From Planctomycetota bacterium (lineage in GTDB: Bacteria; Planctomycetota; UBA8108; SXIK01), in assembly GCA_965223265.1 (NCBI GenBank), contig OZ244999.1:3168001-3232000 (forward strand): a DNA stretch of 64,000 nucleotides, in the 5' to 3' direction. The position numbers and the translations under genes are program-made. Shown here piece by piece: positions 39,306 through 48,122 of the stretch. Below the pieces are notes generated by a model, which did no database searches, had not been told where the DNA came from, and saw nothing but the letters and a program-made list of their open reading frames with translations. Every line of letters begins with the position of its first letter. Position 1 is the stretch's first letter.

Positions 39306-42300
39306 CTATGTGCCCGGATCGATCAGATCGAAATTCCCAGACAGCACCAAATCCAGCCTCCCTGTGCGCCAGCCCCGCACCCGATCCCGGACCAGCGGTG
39401 TCGGTTCGCGTCGATAGCGCCGGACGACTGCCGTGGTTTCTTCGTCGACTGTCAGCGCACGCCTGGCTTGGGCCTGGAGTGTCTCGTTCGTGGCGGCGTG
39501 ATCGTCTTGCGGCGCGACGTACACCCTGACGGCACTCTTCACTCCACCCTGCGACGACGAGGGACCGGCTTCGAGAACGTGAATGCCGCTCTCTGGCTGC
39601 AGGATGTTGAACGCAGCGTAACCTTCGATGAAAAGATCTGTTCTCTGGGAAGACTTCTGATCGTCCGGGTCGACATCGAGAAGGTTGCATTTCATCTCTC
39701 GAGCTTTGGCCCACCGCGTGTACATCTCGACCAGCTGCCGCGCGAAGTCAAGATCACGCACACCGTCTGCACGAGTCGAGCTTGGTTCGACGCGCAGGAA
39801 CGCATCTCTGGGCGTGCCGGCCATGATTTCTGGATACGCCATCTCCAGTAGGTAGATCTTTTGCGCCACGCGACGCAGGAGATCCGGGCGCATGCGAGAT
39901 GTCGATGATTCGAGGCGAGAGAGGAGCGCGGCAGTTGACTCGAGGCTCGACTCTACCCGGTCGATGTATTCCACCAAGCTAAGCGTCTTGAAACGTGTCT
40001 CGTCCTCCCAGAAGCTGGGCTGAGACATGGAATCGAGCGCGCCCTGCTTTCTGCTCTTGAAAGTATTCGCTTCGAGAAGTAGGGCGAGGTCTTCGTACTG
40101 CTGTCTTAGGTAGCGAACTTCGTCGAGGGTGCCACGCGCGTGGAGAACCAGACCGCTAGTTTTGAGGCGACCTTTCGCCTCCTCATCGTCGAGGGGCATC
40201 GAAGTACCATGGCTGGGGTGTGGCGAGGCGTCAATGGCGTCGTCTCCTTGATCCATCGCTTCGACGACGAGTCCGCCGTCTTGACGCCGCACGAGCAGAA
40301 TGTGGTCGCCGGCCGGAAACTCGTGACGAACGATCGCCATGGCGAGTGGGGTGAGGAGATGTTGCTCTACCGCGCGGCGCAGCGTTCTGGCTCCGAATTC
40401 AGCGGAGAATCCTCGTTCGAGCAGAAACTCGAGTGCGCTTTCATCCCAATCGATGAGCCATGAACGATGTCGCAAGCCGCGGCGTGTCAGCGCGCGGTCG
40501 AGTTCGAGTTTCAAGATCTCGCGCATCGTTTTGCGACTCAGCGGTCTAAAGACCACGATGCGATCGAGACGGTTGACGAACTCCTTGCGAAACGTCTCGC
40601 CGATCGCGTTGGTTACTTCCTCGGAGCGGTAGTCCTCCACCGAGGTGGTCGTCGGCGGGACGAATCCCGGGGCAGGCGAGTGGGCATTCGACGCGCCGAT
40701 GTTCGAAGTCAGAATGAAAATGGCGTTACGACAGTCCGCAGTGTTGCCACGGCGATCCGTCAACCGGCCGTCGTCAAAAACCTGAAGGAACAGATCCCAC
40801 ACCGCTGCGGTCGCCTTCTCGAACTCATCGAGCAGGACGACAGCGAAAGGCTGCTGTCGGATTTGACGGACGAGAGAGAGGCGATCTTCCGCGCTGTCTG
40901 AATCCCCAATTAAGCGTCCTAGAGAGGAGTCGGTCGTGAACTCGCTCATGTCGAGTCGAATCATTCGATCCGCGGAGCCAAAGAGGCACTCGGTAAAAAC
41001 CTTCGCGACCTCAGTTTTTCCGGTTCCGGTCGGACCGGCGAAGAGAAAAACTCCTAACGGTCGTGTTGGGTCGGTCAGGCCCGCCTTGATCATGGCAACT
41101 CGTTCGACGAGGACGTCGGTCGCCTCTGGCTGCCCAAGGACGCGACGCCGAAATTCTGCACTGAGTTGCGTGAGATCGAACGACCTTTGTTCGTCGACGA
41201 GTTCCGGCGGTAGTCCGGTCACCTGTGTCACTGTGAGAACTAAGTCATCCCGGTCGATCTCAACTGTTCGCGTTTGCGACGCTGGCTGCGACGAGAGCTC
41301 CGAGACTTTCCTCTTCCACGTGAGTTTCAGAAAATCTAGCAGGTTGCCCGGAGCTTGGCGCGTGGGGAGATACTGACGGACGAGTTCCGCCGCCTCGTCG
41401 AGTGTTTCGTCCGAGATCGTGGCTGGAGACGTCGGCGTTGTGTTCTTGGCAGCCCAGGATCGTGCGATTTCGCGTGTCGTTGTTTCACTTGGCGGACGAA
41501 GCATCACGGTCTCGACGACGCCACGCAGACGAGGAAAGGCGAGACAGACGCTCTCGAATCCGCTGGGCAGAAGCTCACCGACGAGCTTCACAGCTCCTGA
41601 TTCGACGTGAGGCAGAATCATGTGGAGGACGCCGACTTGGTTGAAACGATGGGTACCAGTCGTCATAAGTTCATGAAAGTTCTCGACGACCCAGATCACG
41701 CGCTTGTGTGCGATCTGTTGGATCAATGTCGTCACGCGCTCCTCGAGTTGTCCTATGTAGCACTGGCCGGCATTGACCTGGGCGCTGCTAGCCTTGAATA
41801 CACTGAAACCGTCGTCTCTCAGCTTGTCCACGAGCGTCGACGTCACGGTGGACTTGCCGACTCCGGAATCGCCGACCATGAGCACGGATCGTGGGTTCTC
41901 GTGGTCGGTGAGAGCCTTTCTCATCTTGTCAACCGCGCGTTTCAGCGCATCGTGTTGGATGATGTCCAGGTCAGAAGGCGACTCTGCGCCTCGATTCCTG
42001 GGCGGGAAAGCTGGCGACAGCGTACCAAAGCCGCTGAGAAATTCCGTGTCGAGCGACTCGGAACGCGAGCGCTTGATTTCGTCGAGAAGTGGTTTGCGGT
42101 ACGCACTGCGGAGCTTGAGCGCGATGTCTCTGAGCTGTTCGGCAGCGCTGACGGAGAGGCCTGAGCTTGAGAGGCCGAGCTCGAGAGAGTCGCCATCTTC
42201 AAGGCGGGCAGCGATGAAGTCCTCAAGCACGCTGACGAGTAACTCGTCCTCCCAGTCGGAGTCAAGCCGACGCAACACGGAAGAGAGAATCGGGCTGGTT

Positions 42301-42908
42301 GCTTTACGATGAAGAGCGCGGAGAGCGAAGTGGCGCACGGGAAAACGAGGATAGTTGATCGAACGCAGAATGGGTTCACGAATGTCGTCGACGCTAACGT
42401 CCGTGCGTAATCCGAGTGCTTCCAACGCTATAGAGGCGATGACCGCGCTGTCGCCGACGTAGTACCCCAAGAGCTCTTTGGCTGAGACCTGGCAGGTGGA
42501 GATCTCCTTGGCGGCGGCTTGGAACTCAGGCTCCGCAGCCAGAATGCGTGGATGCGCGACGGAGTCGAAAAGGTCATCAAGCTTTTCGCCTAACTCGCGA
42601 ATGCGGCGGTGGTCCCGTTGGACGTCGTCTGTCGATGCGTGACTCTCTCCGTCTTCGCTTGCCGTCGGAGAGGATTCGGCGTCTCGACCCGCTGGCGAGT
42701 CGGTCTCGTCAGGGGCGACTCGATTAGTGGAGAGCACATTCGGCTCGCTGTCCTGGCGTTCAGGCGTTGGATGCGGCTGACCGGAGTCGTTCGGGGTCGG
42801 TGCCGGCTCAACACGGAGCGAAGATCCTCGAACGGCGAACTTTGCTCTTACAAGCCAGCCGATAGCGCAGCCGATGGCCACACAGGTCAGGTATTTCAGG
42901 TATTCCAT
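39306..42908 (-). CDS. Membrane-anchored ClpA/B-like double AAA+ ATPase fused to a C-terminal RF2-like (PCRF) module lacking the GGQ domain
   Basis: N-terminal hydrophobic helix; Walker A GDSGVGKS and GPTGTGKT; RLDMSEF, VVLLDEFEKA, DGRLTD, FGARTLRR; C-terminus QPSFWED, MYTRWA, ESGIHVL, VRRY..VRD..VLSGNFD matches RF2. Confidence 0.85.
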   Translation of the reverse strand: MEYLKYLTCVAIGCAIGWLVRAKFAVRGSSLRVEPAPTPNDSGQPHPTPERQDSEPNVLSTNRVAPDETDSPAGRDAESSPTASEDGESHASTDDVQRDHRRIRELGEKLDDLFDSVAHPRILAAEPEFQAAAKEISTCQVSAKELLGYYVGDSAVIASIALEALGLRTDVSVDDIREPILRSINYPRFPVRHFALRALHRKATSPILSSVLRRLDSDWEDELLVSVLEDFIAARLEDGDSLELGLSSSGLSVSAAEQLRDIALKLRSAYRKPLLDEIKRSRSESLDTEFLSGFGTLSPAFPPRNRGAESPSDLDIIQHDALKRAVDKMRKALTDHENPRSVLMVGDSGVGKSTVTSTLVDKLRDDGFSVFKASSAQVNAGQCYIGQLEERVTTLIQQIAHKRVIWVVENFHELMTTGTHRFNQVGVLHMILPHVESGAVKLVGELLPSGFESVCLAFPRLRGVVETVMLRPPSETTTREIARSWAAKNTTPTSPATISDETLDEAAELVRQYLPTRQAPGNLLDFLKLTWKRKVSELSSQPASQTRTVEIDRDDLVLTVTQVTGLPPELVDEQRSFDLTQLSAEFRRRVLGQPEATDVLVERVAMIKAGLTDPTRPLGVFLFAGPTGTGKTEVAKVFTECLFGSADRMIRLDMSEFTTDSSLGRLIGDSDSAEDRLSLVRQIRQQPFAVVLLDEFEKATAAVWDLFLQVFDDGRLTDRRGNTADCRNAIFILTSNIGASNAHSPAPGFVPPTTTSVEDYRSEEVTNAIGETFRKEFVNRLDRIVVFRPLSRKTMREILKLELDRALTRRGLRHRSWLIDWDESALEFLLERGFSAEFGARTLRRAVEQHLLTPLAMAIVRHEFPAGDHILLVRRQDGGLVVEAMDQGDDAIDASPHPSHGTSMPLDDEEAKGRLKTSGLVLHARGTLDEVRYLRQQYEDLALLLEANTFKSRKQGALDSMSQPSFWEDETRFKTLSLVEYIDRVESSLESTAALLSRLESSTSRMRPDLLRRVAQKIYLLEMAYPEIMAGTPRDAFLRVEPSSTRADGVRDLDFARQLVEMYTRWAKAREMKCNLLDVDPDDQKSSQRTDLFIEGYAAFNILQPESGIHVLEAGPSSSQGGVKSAVRVYVAPQDDHAATNETLQAQARRALTVDEETTAVVRRYRREPTPLVRDRVRGWRTGRLDLVLSGNFDLIDPGT

Positions 42909-43051
42909 GCGAAGATACCGCGGGTCAAGAATTGAAGCCGAGCGAGTAACATACCACGGACGAACCTGATCGTCGGGCTCGAACCTCTGCCGCTGAGGAC
43001 CGGGTCAAGTGCGGGCCACGCGGCGCCTCCCGCGCCCTTAACCTCGAGTTA

Positions 43052-43233
43052 ACAGCCCGCCTGAAAAAGTCATTCGGCTGAGAAACCGGCCTCTTCACGC
43101 CCAGATCAGCCGCGGCGAGCCTCGCCGTGTATATCTTATAGAAGAGGGCTCGGAGATTACCTGCGTTCGCCGCGGCCGATCTGGACGCGAAGCGACCAGT
43201 TTTCAGCTCGGAGCACTTTTTCAGGCGGGCTGT
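43052..43233 (+). mobile_element. Hairpin MITE-like element (long variant)
   Basis: TA|ACAGCCCGCCTGAAAAAGT ... ACTTTTTCAGGCGGGCTGT|TA, perfect 19-bp TIR; central AT-rich insert CCGTGTATATCTTATAGAAGAGGG. Confidence 0.88.
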
Positions 43234-43383
43234 TAACTGCGACGCCGCATCCGTCGAGCCGCGGATCTTCCGACGCCGCACGCATCTAGTACCAGCTGCG
43301 CCCTCCGAACGACTTGCGCTCAGGCGGCAGCTTGGGGAGAATTTAACGTTTTGAGCAACAGACGATCGATTCGAGGTAGAGAA

Positions 43384-46300
43384 ATGGCATCGCGTTGGCA
43401 CCCGATCTGGATCGCCGCGACCTGCGGCGTGATCCTGGCTGTGGTGCGTATCCCTGTTTGGGCCGACGAAACGCCGGCGTCAGAGCGGTTCGCGCGTGAG
43501 GTGCAGCCAATTTTCGAGGCCCACTGCGTGAAGTGCCACGGCGCCGAGGTGCAGAGGTCGGGTCTCGATCTAGGTTCCGCGGCGGGGCTACTACGCGGCG
43601 GCGACTCGGGGCCTGTCGTGGTGGCGGGGAAGCCAGACGAGAGCGTCCTCTTCGAGCTCGTGAAGGAAGGGGCGATGCCGCCGGCGAAGACGAGCCGCCT
43701 CAACGACTCCGAGATCGACACCCTACGTGCTTGGATTGCTGACGGCGCGCCCGTCGATGCCGCTGCCATAGCGGCAGCCCAGTCGACAGCGCCAACCCAG
43801 CACGACGTTGTGCCCATTCTCCTCCTGCGCTGCACCGTCTGCCATGGCAGGAGCCGCCAAGAGGGAGGACTCGATCTGCGGACCAAGGAGTCCATGCTGC
43901 GCGGTGGTAAGTCGGGGCCGGCCATCGTGCTCGGCCGGCCAAGCGAGAGCTTACTCGTCAAGCGCGTCCAGAGCGGCGACATGCCGCCGCGGCGTCAAAT
44001 GGTCTCGGTGAGCGTCAAGCCGATGGCGCCGAATGAATTGGAAGTCATCGAGAAGTGGATCGCGGCGGGCGCGCCGGAATCGAGTGCGCCGCCCGCATCT
44101 GTCAGCGATCAGGCGGATCCGCTGGTCAGCGCTGCCGACCGTGAGTTCTGGGCGTTTCAGGCGCCGCGCCGTGCTGCGGCTCCGAAGGTTCGCGCTTCTG
44201 AGCTAGTGCGCAACTCGATCGACGCCTTCATCCTTGCACGGCTTGAAGCCGTCGGTCTCACGTTCGCGTCGCCGGCGGACAGGGTGACACTTCTCCGCCG
44301 CGTCTATTTCGACCTGACTGGGCTGCCGCCGCCCGCCGCAGAAGTGGCGGCCTTCGCCGAGGATCCATCCCCTCAGGCGTACGAGAAGCTAGTCGATCGT
44401 CTGCTTGCCTCACCGGAGTACGGCGAGCGCTGGGCGCGCCATTGGCTCGACGTCAGCGGATACGCTGATTCGGAAGGGAAGCGGGAACAGGACCTCGAAC
44501 GTCCTTGGGCATTTCGCTATCGCGATTACGTCGTCGCAGCACTCAGTGCGGATCGTCCCTACGATCGATTCCTGATCGAACAGATCGCCGGCGATGAGCT
44601 TTTTGACTACGAAAACGTCGACGAGGTTACCGACGAGATCTACAGCGCTCTCGTCGCCACGGGCTTTTTACGTATGGGACCTGATGGCACCTGGGCAAAT
44701 ATCACAAATTTCGTCCCGGATCGACTTGAGGTGATCGGGGATGCGCTCGATGTTCTCTCCGCGGGCGTCATGGGATTGACGATGAAATGTTCCCGTTGTC
44801 ACGATCACAAGTTCGATCCGATACCGCAGCGCGACTATTATCGGTTAGCAGCCGTTTTCCAAGGGGCTTACGACCAGCACGCTTGGCTCCGACCAGGCGC
44901 AGCGAAGCAGTATCCGTTCCGCGCGCGCAAGTTTTCGCCGCGGCATCTGCCGTACGTCTTGCCTGCGGAGCGAGCGCGGTACGCCGCAGAAAAGTCGGCA
45001 GTCGAAAGCAAGATTGCCGCGGCGCAGCGCATCCTCGACGAAGCGGAGACCCAGCTGCGACGGAAGCTATTAGCAGAGCGGCTGGCCGGTTTGCCGGACG
45101 AGCTGCAAGCGGACGTGAAAAAGGCCATCGAGACGCCTGCCGCGAAGCGTGACGAAGTGCAGGCCTACCTGAGGTCGAAGTTTGGGGAACAACTGAAGAT
45201 CGACCGCGGCGAGCTCGAAGAGCGAGACGCCGACTTCAAAAACCTGCGCGTAGAAACCGACAAACGTGTCGCCGCGCTGCAGCAGCAACTGCCTCCGCCG
45301 CCCCAAATTCGTGCTCTCTGGGACACTGGCGAGGCCTCTCCGACCTACATCCTACGGCGCGGGGACTACCGGCGCGCGGGGCGCCGCGTCGAGCCTGGCG
45401 TGCCATCCGTCCTCATGAACGCGTCGAGTTCGTTCGCCGTTCAACCGCCCTGGCCCGGTGCAAAACAGACCGGGCGGCGATTGGCATTGGCCCGTTGGCT
45501 CGTCGGTCCCAGCCATCCGCTCACCGCGCGCGTCATGGTGAATCGCGTCTGGCGACACCATTTCGGACGTGGAATTGTCCGCACGCTAGGAAACTTTGGC
45601 CGCACCGGTGCGCCGCCGACTCACCCAGACCTGCTCGATTGGCTGGCCACCGAGTTCGTTCGCAGCGGTTGGAGTCTGAAGCGACTCCATCGCCTTCTCG
45701 TGACGTCCGCGACTTACCGTCAAACCTCCACCGTCTCGGCGCAGAGTGCCGCGCTAGATGCGGATGGCAGCCTCTACTCCAGAATGCCTTTGCGTCGCCT
45801 GGACGCCGAAGAGATCCGAGACGCGATGGTCGACGTTGCGGGAAAGCTTGACCGTCGGCGGTTTGGCCCGGCGGTTCCTGTCGAGGCGCGCAAGGATGGG
45901 CTGGTCACGGAAATTGGCGGCGAACGAGGGTGGAGGCGGAGTCTTTACATCCAGCAGATACGGAAAAAGCCGCTGACAATTTTCGAGAGTTTCGACGTGC
46001 CCGCCATGAACCCTAATTGTATCGAGCGCAAGCAGTCGAACGTCGCACTTCAGGCGCTCTACCTGCTGAACAATCGGCGAGTGTGGGAGCTCGCAGACGC
46101 GTTCGCAGCGGCTGTGATGTCGGAGGGAGACGACAGCCTTGAACGTCAGGTCGTTCGCGTCTATCGTCGTGGCTTGGGACGGTTGCCGACCAACAGCGAG
46201 CTGAATGCGGCCGTGGCGACGCTCCGCGAGTTGGAAACGGCGTGGAGTGAGAGCCCCGAAACCGGCGGGGATGCTGCCGCCGAAGAGGCCACGAGCAGTC

Positions 46301-46404
46301 CATTCACCGCCAGCACGCCAGCTTCCGTGACCGCGCGTCAGCGAGCCCTCCGAAGCCTCTGCCACACGATCATGAACTCCGCCGCTTTTCTCTACGTGGA
46401 TTGA
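43384..46404 (+). CDS. Planctomycete cytochrome c / DUF1549 (PSCyt2) / DUF1553 (PSD1) protein
   Basis: CVKCH, CTVCH, CSRCH heme motifs; [41 protein letters not shown]. Confidence 0.92.
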   Translation: MASRWHPIWIAATCGVILAVVRIPVWADETPASERFAREVQPIFEAHCVKCHGAEVQRSGLDLGSAAGLLRGGDSGPVVVAGKPDESVLFELVKEGAMPPAKTSRLNDSEIDTLRAWIADGAPVDAAAIAAAQSTAPTQHDVVPILLLRCTVCHGRSRQEGGLDLRTKESMLRGGKSGPAIVLGRPSESLLVKRVQSGDMPPRRQMVSVSVKPMAPNELEVIEKWIAAGAPESSAPPASVSDQADPLVSAADREFWAFQAPRRAAAPKVRASELVRNSIDAFILARLEAVGLTFASPADRVTLLRRVYFDLTGLPPPAAEVAAFAEDPSPQAYEKLVDRLLASPEYGERWARHWLDVSGYADSEGKREQDLERPWAFRYRDYVVAALSADRPYDRFLIEQIAGDELFDYENVDEVTDEIYSALVATGFLRMGPDGTWANITNFVPDRLEVIGDALDVLSAGVMGLTMKCSRCHDHKFDPIPQRDYYRLAAVFQGAYDQHAWLRPGAAKQYPFRARKFSPRHLPYVLPAERARYAAEKSAVESKIAAAQRILDEAETQLRRKLLAERLAGLPDELQADVKKAIETPAAKRDEVQAYLRSKFGEQLKIDRGELEERDADFKNLRVETDKRVAALQQQLPPPPQIRALWDTGEASPTYILRRGDYRRAGRRVEPGVPSVLMNASSSFAVQPPWPGAKQTGRRLALARWLVGPSHPLTARVMVNRVWRHHFGRGIVRTLGNFGRTGAPPTHPDLLDWLATEFVRSGWSLKRLHRLLVTSATYRQTSTVSAQSAALDADGSLYSRMPLRRLDAEEIRDAMVDVAGKLDRRRFGPAVPVEARKDGLVTEIGGERGWRRSLYIQQIRKKPLTIFESFDVPAMNPNCIERKQSNVALQALYLLNNRRVWELADAFAAAVMSEGDDSLERQVVRVYRRGLGRLPTNSELNAAVATLRELETAWSESPETGGDAAAEEATSSPFTASTPASVTARQRALRSLCHTIMNSAAFLYVD

Positions 46405-46461
46405 ACTGTTTTGATCACCTCTGAAACCTCTTCCACCCCACTGCAGATTCCCGAACCCCTG

Positions 46462-47889
46462 ATGGATCGACGCTCTTTCTTCGATCGCATGTCAGGCGGC
46501 GTGTATGGAGCGGCGCTTGCGTACCTGTTAGGGAGTCGGAGTGCCGTCGCCGCGTTGGAGCAACATGCGGCGGGAGATGCAGCGCAGCCTCGAGTGCCAC
46601 ATTTCCGCGCCCCCGCGCGCTCGATCATTCATCTATTCATGAACGGTGGCCCGAGCCAGATGGATCTCTTCGATCCCAAGCCCGCTTTGACTCGCCTCCA
46701 CGGCACACCGTATTTCGAGAAGATTGCGGGCGAGGTCGAGAATCCTGGGTCGGCCGGCGCGTTGATGCGCAGCCCATTCGACTTTCAGCGCTTCGGTGAA
46801 TCTGGAATGTGGGTCTCCGAGCTCATGCCAAACTTGGCGCGTCACGTCGACGACATCGCGTTCATCCGTTCGATGCACACGACCAATCTGACGCACGAGA
46901 CAGCGCTGTACAAAATTCATACCGGGCGAATGTTTCCAGGAAACCCGGCGCTCGGCTCATGGGTCGTGTATGCGCTGGGCTCGGAGAATCAGAACCTACC
47001 CGCTTACGTTGTGCTGGACGATCCGCTCGGACTCCCAATCAACGGCATCGAAAACTGGCAAGCTGGGTTCTTGCCGGCCGTGCATCAGGGAACACGCTTT
47101 CGCTCCACGGGCTCTCCTGTCCTCAATCTTGAACCGGACTTCGACGTGCCGCCGGCCGTTGCCGAGCTGCAGCGCGGGCTACTGAGGCGACTCGACCGTT
47201 TGCATCTCGATCGACGTCCGGCGCAGTCGCAGCTGCAGACGAGGCTCGCGAGTTACGAGCTCGCGGCGCGCATGCAGCTTGCGGCCAGCGAAGCGCTCGA
47301 TCTGGAGGCGGAATCTCCGCGTACGCTCGAGATGTACGGTATCGGAAAGAAGCCCACAGACTCGTACGGTCGACGCTGCCTGCTCGCCCGGAGACTCATC
47401 GAGCGTGGCGTTCGTTTCATACAGCTGTTCATTAATGGTCAAATCTGGGACCAGCACAACGATTTGGCGCCGACGCTCACGAGCGCCTGCCGCCGCACCG
47501 ATCAGCCCATCGCGGCGCTGCTCACTGATCTTAAAGAGCGCGGGCTGCTCGAAGAGACTCTCGTCGTGTGGGGCGGCGAGTTCGGCCGCTTACCGATCGC
47601 GCAATTGACACCGGGAGCGGATCCGCGCAAGGCTGGTCGAGATCACAACAAGAACGCCTTTACGACGTGGATGGCGGGCGCTGGCGTCCGCGGCGGTGTG
47701 ATCCACGGCGCTACCGACGAGCTCGGGTTCGCTGCGGTTGAGGATCGCGTCAGCGTGCAGGACTGGCACGCGACGATCCTCCATTTGCTCGGCCTCGATC
47801 ACGAGCGCGTTGTCTTCGAACGCGCCGGCCTTGAGGAGAAATTGACGGGCGTGTTCGAGGCACACTTGATCGAAGCGATCTTAGCTTAG
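46462..47889 (+). CDS. DUF1501 family protein (Tat-exported)
   Basis: DRRSFF; LFMNGGPSQMDLFDPKP; WGGEFGRLP; GRDH; usual partner of DUF1549/1553. Confidence 0.92.
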   Translation: MDRRSFFDRMSGGVYGAALAYLLGSRSAVAALEQHAAGDAAQPRVPHFRAPARSIIHLFMNGGPSQMDLFDPKPALTRLHGTPYFEKIAGEVENPGSAGALMRSPFDFQRFGESGMWVSELMPNLARHVDDIAFIRSMHTTNLTHETALYKIHTGRMFPGNPALGSWVVYALGSENQNLPAYVVLDDPLGLPINGIENWQAGFLPAVHQGTRFRSTGSPVLNLEPDFDVPPAVAELQRGLLRRLDRLHLDRRPAQSQLQTRLASYELAARMQLAASEALDLEAESPRTLEMYGIGKKPTDSYGRRCLLARRLIERGVRFIQLFINGQIWDQHNDLAPTLTSACRRTDQPIAALLTDLKERGLLEETLVVWGGEFGRLPIAQLTPGADPRKAGRDHNKNAFTTWMAGAGVRGGVIHGATDELGFAAVEDRVSVQDWHATILHLLGLDHERVVFERAGLEEKLTGVFEAHLIEAILA

Positions 47890-47893
47890 CCCA

Positions 47894-48054
47894 GCAGCCC
47901 GTTGAAAAAGTCATTCGGCCGAGAAACTGGCCTCTTCACGCCCAGCTCGACGGCGTCAATACTCAAAAATTTCGGAGATTACCTGCGTTTGCCGCAGCCG
48001 ATCTGGACGCGAAGAGACCAGTTTTCGGCTCGAAGCACTTCTTCAACAAGCTGC
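47894..48054 (+). mobile_element. Hairpin MITE-like element (short variant, degenerate)
   Basis: GCAGCCCGTTGAAAAAGTCATTCGG ... CACTTCTTCAACAAGCTGC|TA between convergent genes. Confidence 0.8.
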
Positions 48055-48122
48055 TAGCCTCGAGTTGGCCATTTCGCGCCGGCCTGGCCGGACGTGTTGA
48101 CCGGGATTCCACAGTCTGTCTG

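Noticed and set aside
39540-39565. SQGG in the RF-like domain as a catalytic GGQ
   Set aside because: The order is QGG and it aligns to the SPF codon-recognition loop, not domain 3.
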